Assembly (NCBI GenBank): GCA_950097015.1
Contig: CATNEN010000002.1
Coordinates: forward strand, 8,432,001 to 8,496,000
Reading direction: 5' to 3'
DNA: 64,000 nt
DNA from: Macrostomum hystrix
Lineage: Eukaryota; Animalia; Platyhelminthes
In this document: piece by piece, positions 43,401-55,000 of the stretch
Numbering within the stretch: position 1 is the first letter of the stretch
Layout of the letters: the number at the start of each line of letters is the position of its first letter
Program-made: the position numbers and the translations under genes
Notes under the pieces: generated by a model
The model's input: the letters and a program-made list of their open reading frames with translations, nothing else
Told to the model about the DNA's origin: nothing
The model's database searches: none

Positions 43401-46400
43401 ACCTGTTAGACACAGCTCCATCTGTTCGACATAGCTCGACATGTTAGACACGGCTCTACCTGTTAGGCACAGCTCTACCTGTTAGGCACGGCTCTACCTG
43501 TTAGACTCTGTTCTACCTGTTAGACACAGTTCTACATGTTAGACACAGCTCTACATGTTAGACATTGTACTACCTGTTAGACACAGCTCTACCTGTTAGG
43601 CACGGCTCTACCTGTTAGGCACGGCTCTACCTGTTAGACTCTGTTCTACCTGTTAGACACAGTTCTACATGTTAGACTCTGTTCTACCTGTTAGACACAG
43701 TTCTACATGTTAGACACAGCTCTACATGTTAGACATTGTACTACCTGTTAGACACAGCTCTATCTGTTAGGCACGGCTCTACCTGTTAGACACAGCTCTA
43801 CCTGTTAGGCACGGCTCTACCTGTTAGACACAGCTCTACCTGTTAGGCACGGCTCTACCTGTTAGACACAGCTCTACCTGTTAGGCACGGCTCTACCTGT
43901 TAGGCACGGCTCTACCTGTTAGGCACGGCTCTACCTGTTAGACACAGCTCTACCTGTTAGGCACGGCTCTACCTGTTAGACACAGCTCTATCTGTTAGGC
44001 ACGGCTCTACCTGTTAGACACAGCTCTACCTGTTAGGCACGGCTCTACCTGTTAGACACAGCTCTACCTGTTAGGCACGGCTCTACCTGTTAGACACAGC
44101 TCTACCTGTTAGGCACGGCTCTACCTGTTAGGCACAGACAATTTTTTGCAGTATCTTAAATTTCGACTGCACAAATATTAAGTTCTTACTAAGCATGCTT
44201 TCTTTATCGAGCTTATTTTGTCTAAAAATAAAAAATGAATTCTATTTCTTTCCGGTGCTCCTAGGAGTCATGTAATGTGCGCTACAATTTTTTGACAGCT
44301 TGATAAGTAATTACATCATCGCTTAGGAGATTAATTCCATCTGAGATTATCTGCGCAAGCCTCGCGTGGCAACTGTTTGATGGAGCAATTTAATCCCTAA
44401 GGCGTGAGTTTGTTGATAGACATATGGGAACAATTCCTGAGTGATTCTCTCTGAGTTAAATGTCACGAAATTAATTTCTATTTTTCTTGACCTCATTGCA
44501 ACTTAAGACAGCCAATTGACCGAGTCCGAGTCGGAATTTCAACAATCTTTTAAGTCCTCATCATAGCATGTCCTGTAAGAGATTTCTTCTCGTGTTAGAC
44601 AGATTTTTGCTTTTTAGATATGACTAAAACTGTTAGACACAGCTCTACCTGTTAGACACTGTTCTACCTGTTAGACACTGTTCTACCTGTTAGACACTGT
44701 TCTACCTGGTAGACACTGTTCTACCTGTTGGACACTTTCTTACCTGTTAGACACTGTTCTACCTGTTAGACACTGTTCTACCTGTTAGACACTGTTCTAC
44801 CTGTTAGACACTGTTCTACCTGGTAGACACTGTTCTACCTGTTGGACACTTTCTTACCTGTTAGACACTGTTCTACCTGTTAGACACAGCTCTACCTGTT
44901 AGACACAGCTGTACCTGTTAGACACCTTCTACCTGTTAGACACTTTCTACCTGTTAGACACTTTCTACCTGTTAGACACTGTTTTACCTATTCGACACGG
45001 GCACCAGAGCCAATTACCTGGCAGGTTGACATGACCGTGTGACCCTGACGCAGCTTGTCGGCAATGACCCTCGGCATCATCTGGTACAGCAGCTGGTCAG
45101 TCTTTCGCTTCTCCTGATTGAGCTGCTTCAGCGACTCTTCGAGTTGCTGCGTTTTCAACAGTTCCTGGAATGGCGGAGAATGAATGAACAGCTGCATCAG
45201 CTTTGTGAAGGCTGAGAATGAATTGAAAACTGAATAGCAGACATGTTCAGTGACAAAATCCACTTCCGTTAGTTCCTAACAGGTGTCTAGTGGGAGTCTA
45301 ACAGGTGTCTAGTGGGATTCTAACAGGTGTCTAGTGGGAGTCTAACAGGTGTCTAGTGGGAGTCTAACAGGTGTCTAGTGGGATTATAACAGGTGTCTAG
45401 TGGGAGTCTAACAGGTGTCTAACAGGTGTCTAGTGGGAATCTAACAGGTGTCTAGTGGGAGTCTAACAGGTGTCTAACAGGTGTCTAGTGGGAGTCTAAC
45501 AGGTGTCTAGTGGGATTCTAACAGGTGTCTAGTGGGAGTCTAACAGGTGTCTAGTGGGAGTCTAACAGGTGTCTAGTGGGATTATAACAGGTGTCTAGTG
45601 GGAGTCTAACAGGTGTCTAACAGGTGTCTAGTGGGAATCTAACAGGTGTCTAGTGGGAGTCTAACAGGTGTCTAACAGGTGTCTAGTGGGAGTCTAACAG
45701 GTGTCTAGTGGGATTCTAACAGGTGTCTAGTGGGAGTCTAACAGGTGTCTAACAGTTGTCTAGTGGGTGTTTATGATTTTGATAATAAATTTCCAACTGA
45801 CTATTTGTGTCGAATTTGTGCCTTAACGCGTGTCTAACAGGTGTTGAAGGGCTGTCAAACAGGTATCCAATGAGTGTCTAACAGGTGTTGAAGGGCTGTC
45901 AAACAGGTATCCAATGAGTGTCTAACAGGTGTTGAAGGGCTGTCTAACAGGTATCCAATGGGTAGAAAAATTGCTAATAATAGTTTTGCTTCAATAACAG
46001 TTTGGGTGTTTTCGCGAAATTAAAAAAAAATATTTAAATCTGTTGACTAGACTAGACTAAAACACTTGTCTGTTTAGCGCAAAACATTTTATTCTACAAA
46101 GGGTATCCCTGAGCCGCCTAAATCTAGGAGCTCAAACAAACGACTAAATTTGTTTAGAAAAAAATTTCCTTTTGAAGTCGAGTCGACTACTTTCGAATTT
46201 TCACATGCGTTTTAAAAGGCTGTAACTTGCGAGGATTGCAACCCACCCCTCACCCTCCCTCACACTCTCCATCTCACTCTCCATCTCACTCTCACTCTAC
46301 CTCTCAACAATCAAAGTTGATCTGATCAGACCACCCACCTGGTCCAGCAGCAGCTTCAGCTCCGCCGACTTCTGCTCGCCCAGCATGACCAGATCGCGGC

Positions 46401-49196
46401 TCGAGTCGTGCAGGCTGAGGTCCGTGATATAGAAGCCCAGCTGGCGCAGGCTGCGAATGTCCATCAGGCTGGTGATGGGCAGGGGCAGGTGGCGGCTAAC
46501 ATCAAAAGGAAATCCGGCGCGTATAACAATATTCTTATCTAATAAGATTTTTTTAAATATGTAGTCACGTGACTAAAATGAGTCATTATTTCGTCTATGC
46601 AAACGCCTGCGCCAATCAGAAGCGATTCTCCAACCACGTGACTAAAAAAACAAGCCAACTTTTCCATTGACCAAGTAACGTGACTAAAATTGCTAAGCAT
46701 TTCCACGTGACCTGAAGGCCTAGAAAGAGCAATGGTATGATTAGAGAACAAGTATTATGTGGCTCACATCGGCACACCCAGAAACACGATGCAGTCCCAT
46801 TCCAGCAGGTGCTTCATCTGGCCTTTCAAATGCAGCGACTTCATCTGGGAGCGAGTCGGCTGAGCCGGCTGATTGGTTGGGATTTCGGCGGCTGCTGACT
46901 CTGAAAAAAATCGGTTTAAAATTGGTCCACGGACTGAACAGCTGTACACAGGCGCAGCATATATCTACCACTGAAGCAGACTTTAATCTAAAATGAGACA
47001 CCTATTGCATTTGAAGCATGTTGCTCAAATTCAAAGTGCTCACGTCCGGCAGAGTCGGCCGCTGATTTGCTGTACTCGCCGTCGTCAGACGCCGAACCTC
47101 CCGAGTTCGAATCCGAATCCTTGGCCGAGTTGGTCAGCTTGATGAGGCACCGCAGCTGAAACTCATTGTTCATGTGGTGCAGAATCTGCGGGTGGAGCGG
47201 GAGACACTGCAGTCAGGGCGAGACTGGCAATTAATTAGAAAACCCACCCTACTCCAGCCCTGAACTAACCTACTCCAGCCCTGAACTAACCTACTCCAGC
47301 CCTGAACTAACCCTTCTCCAGCCCTGAACTAACCCTTCTCCAGCCCTGAACTAACCCTTCTCCAGCCCTGAACTAACCCTTCTCCAGCCCTGAACTAACC
47401 CTTCTCCAGCCCTGAACTAACCCTTCTCCAGCCCTGAACTAACCCTTCTCCAGCCCTGAACTAACCCTTCTCCAGCCCTGAACAAACCCTTCTCCAGCCT
47501 GAACTAACCCTTCTCCAGCCCTGAACTAACCCTTCTCCAGCCCTGAACTAACCCTTCTCCAGCCCTGAACTAACCCTTCTCCAGCCCTGAACTAACCCTA
47601 CTCCAGCCATGAACTAACCCTTCTACAGCCCTGAACAAACCCTACTCCAGCCCTGAACAAACCTACTCCAGCCCTGAACTAACCTACTCCAGCCCTGAAC
47701 TAACAAATCCCTAACAGGCTGCTCCTTTGTGAACCAACCCGGCCCATTCGCACGTTGTGCCAACCCGTCAGACCTGGTCCCAGGAGGCCTGAATGAAAGG
47801 CTTCTGGATCTCGAAGCAGTCGGCGAAATTCCTCTTCAACAGGTCCGGCAGGGCGCTGCGCATCGCGGCGCCGACGGTGACAACGCGGAGCTGCCGGTCC
47901 AGCACGATGTTGAAGGGGAAGATCTCCAGGAAGATGTCGCTGGAGATGCTGCTGACTCCGGCCAGGTCGCCAGCCTGCCGACCGGCTTCGGCGCGACGGC
48001 TGCGGAAGGCGCGGTTGTCGAACTCCAGGCGGTAGTTGGTGGTCCAAATGCCATCCTCGGCTTGGGCGGTGGCCTCGATGTGCACCAGCATCTCGATGCC
48101 GTAGAACAGGCGGGCGACTTCGCCGATCTGGCCGCGGACGTACTGCTCGAAGCCGCTGCGGCGGGACCGGTAGAGCAGGTTCAGGCCCGACTCGCTCTCG
48201 TTCAGGCAGTAGAAAGAGGGCGGCTGCAGGCGCGGGTAGCTGAACCTGCGGAGTCAGGATGTGAGAGAGTCAGGATGTGAGAGAGTCAGGATGTGAGAGA
48301 GTCAGGATGTGAGAGAGTCAGGATGTGAGAGAGTCAGGATGTGAGAGAGTCAGGATGTGAGAGAGTCAGGATGTGAGAGAGTCAAGGTGTGAGAGAGTCA
48401 GGATGTGAGAGAGTCAGGATGTGAGAGAGTCAGGATGTGAGAGAGTCAGGATGTGAGAGAGTCAGGATGTGAGAGAGTCAGGATGAGAGAGTCAGGATGA
48501 GAGAGTCAGGATGTGAGAGAGTCAGGGTGTGAGAGAGTCAGGATGTGAGAGAGTCAGGATGTGAGAGAGTCAGGGTGTGAGAGAGTCAGGATGTGAGAGA
48601 GTCAGAATGTGAGAGAGTCAGGATGTGAGAGAGTCAGGATGTGAGAGAGTCAGGATGTGAGAGAGTCAGGATGAGAGAGTCAGGATGAGAGAGTCAGGAT
48701 GTGAGAGAGTCAGGGTGTGAGAGAGTCAGGATGTGAGAGAGTCAGGATGTGAGAGAGTCAGGATGTGAGAGAGTCAGGATGTGAGAGAGTCAGGATGTGA
48801 GAGAGTCAGGATGTGAGAGAGTCAGGATGTGAGAGAGTCAGGATGTGAGAGTCAGGGCAGCCAGTCCTACCTGAGATACTCGTGCAGGCCGTCCAGTCCG
48901 TTGAGGAAGTCGGTGAGGTGGCGGCCCAGCACCTCCAGCACCTCGTCGTAGCCGTACTGGCCGATGAAGCTGACGAAGAACACCCCGGCGGAGTAGTACA
49001 CCTGGCTGGGCTCGAGTTTCAGCTGCTCGGCGGCGATGTCGGCCACGCGGCCCAGGAGATTCTCGTCGTACACCTGGTGGGCAGCGAAGCTCGGAGTGTT
49101 CTCAAGGCCGGCCACGCGGAGCACCCGCTGCCAGGCGGCCTCGCCGTGCTCGCGACGAATCCACTGACCGAAGGCGTCGAGGATCAGGCCGTACAT
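37496..49196 (-). CDS. Atypical soluble guanylyl cyclase (H-NOX, PAS, coiled coil, cyclase; Gyc-88E/GCY-35/GUCY1B2-like) ending in CRLL
   Basis: 12 exons: 49196-48871, 48245-47774, 47185-47044, 46900-46768, 46468-46339, 45164-45018, 43077-42931, 40031-39875, 38963-38854, 38340-38251, 38176-37957, 37659-37496, with consistent phases. Motifs [70 protein letters not shown]. Confidence 0.92.
37680..37925. repeat. 16-bp minisatellite (TTGGGTTTGAGTCGGG), sGC intron 11
   Basis: Fills most of the 297-bp intron. Confidence 0.9.
38440..38840. repeat. About 26-bp minisatellite (CTCACTCTACTTCTCTTGTCTCCCTT), sGC intron 9
   Basis: Starts about 12 nt from the donor at 38853. Confidence 0.9.
39530..39720. 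repeat. 21-bp minisatellite (CCCTCTCTACCCTCCTATCTG), sGC intron 8
   Basis: About 9 tandem copies. Confidence 0.9.
40080..40435. repeat. 14-bp minisatellite (TCTCTAACTGCCAA), sGC intron 7
   Basis: Degenerate tandem units near the exon 8 acceptor. Confidence 0.9.
41040..42905. repeat. 14-bp minisatellite (CTATCCACTGTTCT and variants), about 130 copies, sGC intron 7
   Basis: Begins about 25 nt after the exon 7 donor; source of the spurious 625-aa ORF. Confidence 0.97.
43155..44140. repeat. 19-bp minisatellite (CTACCTGTTAGACACAGCT), about 50 copies, sGC intron 6
   Basis: Tandem units with core ACCTGTTAGACAC. Confidence 0.95.
44630..44990. repeat. 19-bp minisatellite (ACCTGTTAGACACTGTTCT), sGC intron 6
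   Basis: Same core as 43155-44140; ends about 30 nt from the exon 6 donor. Confidence 0.95.
45275..45960. repeat. 22-bp minisatellite (CTAACAGGTGTCTAGTGGGAGT) plus about 44-bp triplet, sGC intron 5
   Basis: Units contain GTGTCTAACAGGT, the reverse complement of the intron 6 core. Confidence 0.95.
46564..46713. promoter_or_regulatory. Cluster of E-box/CLEAR-like motifs (CACGTGAC) with a CCAAT box in sGC intron 4
   Basis: GTCACGTGAC 46564-46573, CACGTGACT 46635-46643, AACGTGACT about 46677-46685, CACGTGACC 46704-46712; CCAAT near 46612. Confidence 0.35.
47245..47705. repeat. 22-bp minisatellite (CCCTTCTCCAGCCCTGAACTAA), sGC intron 2
   Basis: About 21 tandem copies filling most of the 588-bp intron. 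Confidence 0.95.
48250..48855. repeat. 16-bp minisatellite (GAGAGTCAGGATGTGA), about 38 copies, making up essentially all of sGC intron 1
   Basis: The array runs to within about 5 nt of the acceptor and about 15 nt of the donor. Confidence 0.97.
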
Positions 49197-49309
49197 GACT
49201 GCGTCCGCTGGCTGATGAATGGGATCTGGGATCTGGGATCTGGAACTTTTTAGGACGTGCTTCTGCGTCTCCTGCAAAAAAACTGCATCTCAGCCCGAGT
49301 TCTAAATCT

Positions 49310-49345
49310 TTATTGGTTGGTGATAACCAATTCTGATTGGCCAGA
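49310..49345 (-). promoter_or_regulatory. Putative sGC proximal promoter with three CCAAT/ATTGG boxes
   Basis: ATTGG 49312-49316, CCAAT 49327-49331 and ATTGG 49336-49340, 115-145 bp upstream of the ATG. Confidence 0.4.
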
Positions 49346-49349
49346 ACTC

Positions 49350-50345
49350 TGAGCAGTTTCTTTGAGCAGCAAAAAACACAAACTGCTCAGCTCACAGCAC
49401 TACTCAAACTGCTCAGCTCACAACACTACTCAAACTGCTCAGCTAAAAGCACTACTCAAACTGCTCAGCTCACAGCACTACTCAAACTGCTCAGCTAAAA
49501 GCACTACTCAAACTGCTCAGCTAAAAGCACTACTCAAACTGCTCAGCTCACAGCACTACTCAAACTGCTCAGCTCACAGCACTACTCAAACTGCTCAGCT
49601 AAAAGCACTACTTAAACTGCTTTGTTAACAGCACTACTCAAAATGTTCAAAATACTCAAAATACTCAGCTCACAACACTACTCAAACTGCTCAGCTAAAA
49701 GCACTACTCAAACTGCTCAGCTCACAGCACTACTCAAACTGCTCAGCTCACAGCACTACTCAAACTGCTCAACTCACAGCACTACTCAAACTGCTCAGCT
49801 AAAAGCACTACTTAAACTGCTCAGCTCACAGCACTACTCAAGCTGCTCAGCTCACAGCACTACTCAAACTGCTCAGCTCACAGCACTACTCAAACTGCTC
49901 AACTCACAGCACTACTCAAACTGCTCAACTCACAGCACTACTCAAACTGCTCAGCTAAAAGCACTACTTAAACTGCTTTGTTAACAGCACTACTCAAAAT
50001 GTTCAAAATACTCAAAATACTCAGCTCACAACACTACTCAAACTGCTCAGCTAAAAGCACTATTCAAACTGCTCAGCTCACAGCACTACTCAAACTGCTC
50101 AACTCACAGCACTACTCAAACTGCTCAACTCACAGCACTACTCAAACTGCTCAACTCACAGCACTACTCAAACTGCTCAACTCACAGCACTACTCAAACT
50201 GCTCAACTCACAGCACTACTCAAACTGCTCAACTCACAGCACTAATCAAACTGCTCAGCTAAAAGCACTACTTAAACTGCTTCGTTAACAGCACTACTCA
50301 AAATGTTCAAAATACTCAAAATACTCAGCTCACAGCCTACTCAAG
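49350..50345. repeat. 26-bp minisatellite (CAGCACTACTCAAACTGCTCAGCTCA) with higher-order blocks
   Basis: The marker GTTAACAGCACTACTCAAAATGTTCAAAATACTCAAAATAC recurs near 49625, 49980 and 50285. Confidence 0.95.
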
Positions 50346-50674
50346 CTGCTCTCTTAGAAAAAGGCATTCCCCAGTCAAACATTGAGGTGTAAACTAAATG
50401 TTTGTATCAATGAATACTTTAATGGGAAGAAAAATACAGACAACATAGAAAAATATGAGCAAGCTATTTACCTATCAAATTTCAGAACACTATATTTAGA
50501 AATCCTGTTTGCAGGCAACTTTCGTTCTCAGACGCAAAGTAAACTTATAGGGCCAATGGTATCATGTTGTAAGGATGCAGAATGTGGGATACGAAAGTTT
50601 TAGTCAGTAGAATATCCTGCTATTTTAGGCGATTTGTCTCGAACCAGTCAGAGAGCTTGTATTGTACTTTTACT

Positions 50675-51895
50675 GATTAGAGGATTGGGGAATATGTAGC
50701 CAGTGGATTAGAGGATTGGGGAATATGTAGACAGTGGATTAGAGAATTGGGGAATATGTAGCCAGCAGATAAGAGGAATGGGGAATATGTAGCCAGTGGA
50801 TTCGAGAATTGGGGAATATGTAGCCAGTCGATTAGAGGATTGGTGAATATGTAGCCAGCGGATTAGAGGATTAGGGAATATGTAGCCAGTGGATTAGAGG
50901 ATTGGGGAATATGTAGCCAGTGGATTAGAGGATTGGGGAATATGTAGCCAGTCGAATAGAGAATTGGGGAATATGTAGACAGTGGACTAGAGGATTGGGG
51001 AATATGTAGCCAGTCGATTAGAGGATTGGGGAATATGTAGTCAGTCGAATAGAGAATTGGGAATATGTAGACAGTGGATTAGAGAATTGAGGAATATGTA
51101 GCCAGTGGATTAGAGGATTGGGGAATATGTAGCCAGTCGAATAGAGAATTGGGGAATATGTAGACAGTCGAATAGAGAATTGGGGAATATGTAGCCAGTG
51201 GATTAGAGAATTGGGGAATATGTAGACAGTCGAATAGAGAATTGGGAATATGTAGCCAGTGGATTAGAGAATTGAGGAATATGTAGCCAGTGGATTAGAG
51301 AATTGGGGAATATGTAGCCAGTGGATTAGAGGATTGGGGAATATGTAGCCAGTGGATTAGAGAATTGGGGAATATGTAGCCAGTGGATTAGAGAATTGGG
51401 GAATATTTAGCCAGTGGATTAGAGAATTGGGGAATATTTAGCCAGTGGATTAGAGAATTGGGGAATATTTAGCCAGTGGATTAGAGGATTGGGGAATATG
51501 TAGCCAGTGGATTAGAGGATTGGGGAATATGTAGACAGTGGATTAGAGGATTGGGGAATATGTAGCCAGTCGATTAGAGGATTGGGGAATATGTAGCCAG
51601 TGGATTAGAGGATTGGGGAATATGTAGCCAGTGGATTAGAGGATTGGGGAATATGTAGCCAGTGGATTAGAGAATTGGGGAATATGTAGACAGTGGATTA
51701 GAGGATTGGGGAATATGTAGCCAGTGGATTAGAGAATTGGGGAATATGTAGACAGTGGATTAGAGGATTGGGGAATATGTAGCCAGCGGATTAGAGAATT
51801 GGGGAATATGTAGCCAGTGGATTAGAGAATTGGGGAATATTTAGCCAGTGGATTAGAGGATTGGGGAATATGTAGCCAGTGGATTAGAGGATTCG
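50675..51895. repeat. 31-bp minisatellite (GAGGATTGGGGAATATGTAGCCAGTGGATTA), about 39 copies
   Basis: Tandem units between the peroxiredoxin-like stop and the sGC promoter. Confidence 0.95.
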
Positions 51896-52028
51896 GAAAT
51901 AGCTACGGGGCTTATTGTAATGCGTGTAAAACTGTTTCATACGTTTTCTTAAGTACAACTTCCCCAATCCTCAAAGTGTGCTCAACAACTAAAGTCTGGG
52001 TCGAATTTCAGCTGCCATCCAAGCCTCG

Positions 52029-55000
52029 CTAATGCTGCCCTTCCTGATGGGAGAATTTGTCTTTGAAGTACTTCCGACTGGCCTCCGGGTCCGGGGTCAG
52101 GGTCGGGTCGCCTGACTTCCAGTCGGCCGGACAGACCTGGCCGTACTCGTCGACAAACCGGAAGGCTTTTAGCTGGCGACACAGTTCGTCAACGTTGCGC
52201 GACACCTGCGGGATGGCCGGCCGATCTCACGACGTTTAAAAATCGAATATTACGTGAAGTTTTAATTAGTCAATGCAGTGCTAAATTCTCCAGTCCCTAG
52301 TAGATTCTAAGTAGACCAAATTAATTCTACATATCTGTATTTCTCAATGGAACTATATACTTTCAATATCTACGCTGAGATACGAACACCCGACCTCTTA
52401 TTGGTGCCCTTAAAAATAATATTCCACGATTCCATAGAACAGAAAGATACGATTTCTTACATTGCTGAGCTTCATTATTTTCCTAGAATAATAAGCTTCG
52501 ATTTCCTAGAACTGCGATTTCCTAGAATATCAAGCTACGATTTCCAAGAATAAAAAGTTACGGTTTCTATGGATAATAAGTTAAGATTTCCAAAAGTAAT
52601 AAGCGACACTTTCCAAGAATAATAAGCTATGATTTCCAAGAATTTTAAACTACAATTTCCTAGAAATGAAACTACTATTTACTAGAATAATAAGTTACGA
52701 TTTCCTAGAATTTCCTAGAAATCACTGAAGTTTTGTGCCTAGAACAATTGGTACCAGCGTCAGCTGCGTTAGAAGTTTGGGTGGCGTGTCCATGTGTCCA
52801 TGGACTGAACAGATGTACACAGGGCAATGTTGTGTGTATAGCTGGCTGTAAATTTGAACTTATTTTCTTATTATTTATAATACATATTTCTTTATAATTA
52901 TTTGGACTTCCGTTACTTGTCCAGACAGGTTTTTCCACTCTGTTAAATTAATAACGCAAAAAGAAAAAATAATTAATAATTTTCTTATAAAATTTCTTTG
53001 AGCCGAATCCCTGAGAAGCATGCCGCTCATTTCCTGTCAGAGAATCAACTGTTGAATCTGCTATTTCATTAATTCTCATTGCTAGGATAAAGATTTTTCA
53101 GCTTGAAATTTTCAAAATAATTTCTTTTCCAAGAAACAATGCGTACATTTCCATCCCTTCAGCAACAGCTGACTTTCCTGAAAAATGATTGTTTAATTTC
53201 ACGCCTCACAGAAACTACAGATACACCTGGTCACCCCCGATTAAACCCTGCAATTGTGTGGAAAATATGTACCAACTGTTAATGAAGACTGATCCGGCTT
53301 TAATAAGCGATTCTAAATCCCATCTTCACTATAGAAATCCCCTTAATTTTCTCCCGGGCAAAGAGGATTTCTTTTTGAGGATGAAAAACCCATGGAAGCT
53401 GGGACGCTGAGGACGGGAAAACAAAGTAATTAAAGTAATTTTTGTCTGCAATTTTCTGTGGGCGTAAAAGGGGGAAGTCGGCTTGGCGGATGGGGCCTGT
53501 GAGGATTTGTTGTCAAGGACGCTGAGCTGGCCTACCGTTATCCATCGAGGCGTGCTTATGCTTGAAATTCTGGACAGCCGGTTTTAGTAACTCAACATGA
53601 GACCGAGACGGAGCAGACAATAGGGACATTCACAATGGCAAAACATCAATTTCAATTCTCCTCAATCTAGCTGTTTCGTGTGGAACAATTTTTAAGGTTT
53701 TAAATTAACTATTATTTGAATTGGTTGAATTAAAAAGAGAACCGCGGATGCAGCTCTGAGAACCCTACTCAAATTTAAACAGCAAATAACATTCACATGC
53801 CATTCGACCTAACAACTAATAAAACTACACTTTTCCCTCCAAACACTAGCACCCTTCATTCCCTACAACCAGAACCCTTCATTCCCTACAACCAGAACCC
53901 TTCATTCCCTACAACCAGAACCCTTCATCCCCTACAACCAGAACCCTTCATTCCCTACAACCAGAACCCTTCATTCCCTACAACCAGAACCCCTCATTCC
54001 CTACAATCAGCATCCTTCATTCCCTACAACCAGCATCCATCATTCCCTACAACCAGAACCCTTCATTCCCTACAACCAGAATCCTTCATTCCCTACAACT
54101 AGCAACCTTCATTCCCTACAACCAGTCCCCTTCATTCCCTACAACCAGAACCCTCCATTCCCTACAACCAGAATCCTTCATTCCCAACAACCAGAACCCT
54201 CCATTCCCTACAACCAGTCCCCTTCATTCCCTACAACTAGCAACCTTCATTCCCTACAACCAGTCCCCTTCATTCCCTACAACCAGAATCCTTCATTCCC
54301 TACAACTAGCAACCTTCATTCCCTACAACCAGATCCCTTCAATCCCTACAACCAGCACCCTTCCTTCCCTACAACCCGCATCCTCTGTCCCTTGAAACCC
54401 GCATCCTTTATTCTCAACAAGCATTATCCCAGCGGCCCGCAATCTTAGATCTGCACTTTCCCCGCGCACTTTCAATCCCATCAGATCAAACAAGTTCAAA
54501 CAGATGCCATAATTGGAAAGTCCAAAATAGAATTGCAAAACTAGAAGAGACGCCTCAGCAGGATGGTCGCGTGCGTGTGCTGAATGACTTTTTTAGGCAA
54601 GGTAACTATGATGCATTCATGCCGAACTGTTCGTGTTGCAAGATGGGATCTCAAAGTCAGAAACAGATACGACATTATATTCGACTAAGTTCAATGCAAA
54701 TCGCGTTCTTAAGATTTCTTGTCAGTGTTAGCTAACCCACCTGGCAGTTTCTTATCCCAATGGGTTCAATTTCATTGATCCTTTAAGCTGAATTATGACA
54801 GCCCTTAGTGATCTTAACTGATTCTGGCCGAATCCCACATATCCTCAGACTGAATCCCAACTGGCTCTGATCCTCAGACTGAATCCCAACTGGCTCTGAT
54901 CCTCAGACTGAATCCCAACTGGCTCTGATCCTCAGACTGAATCCCAACTGCACCTGATCCTCAGACTCAATCCCAACTGGCTCTGATCCTCAGACTGAAT

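Noticed and set aside
49362-50262. TAQLKALLKLL repeat ORFs
   Set aside because: Produced by the 26-bp minisatellite.
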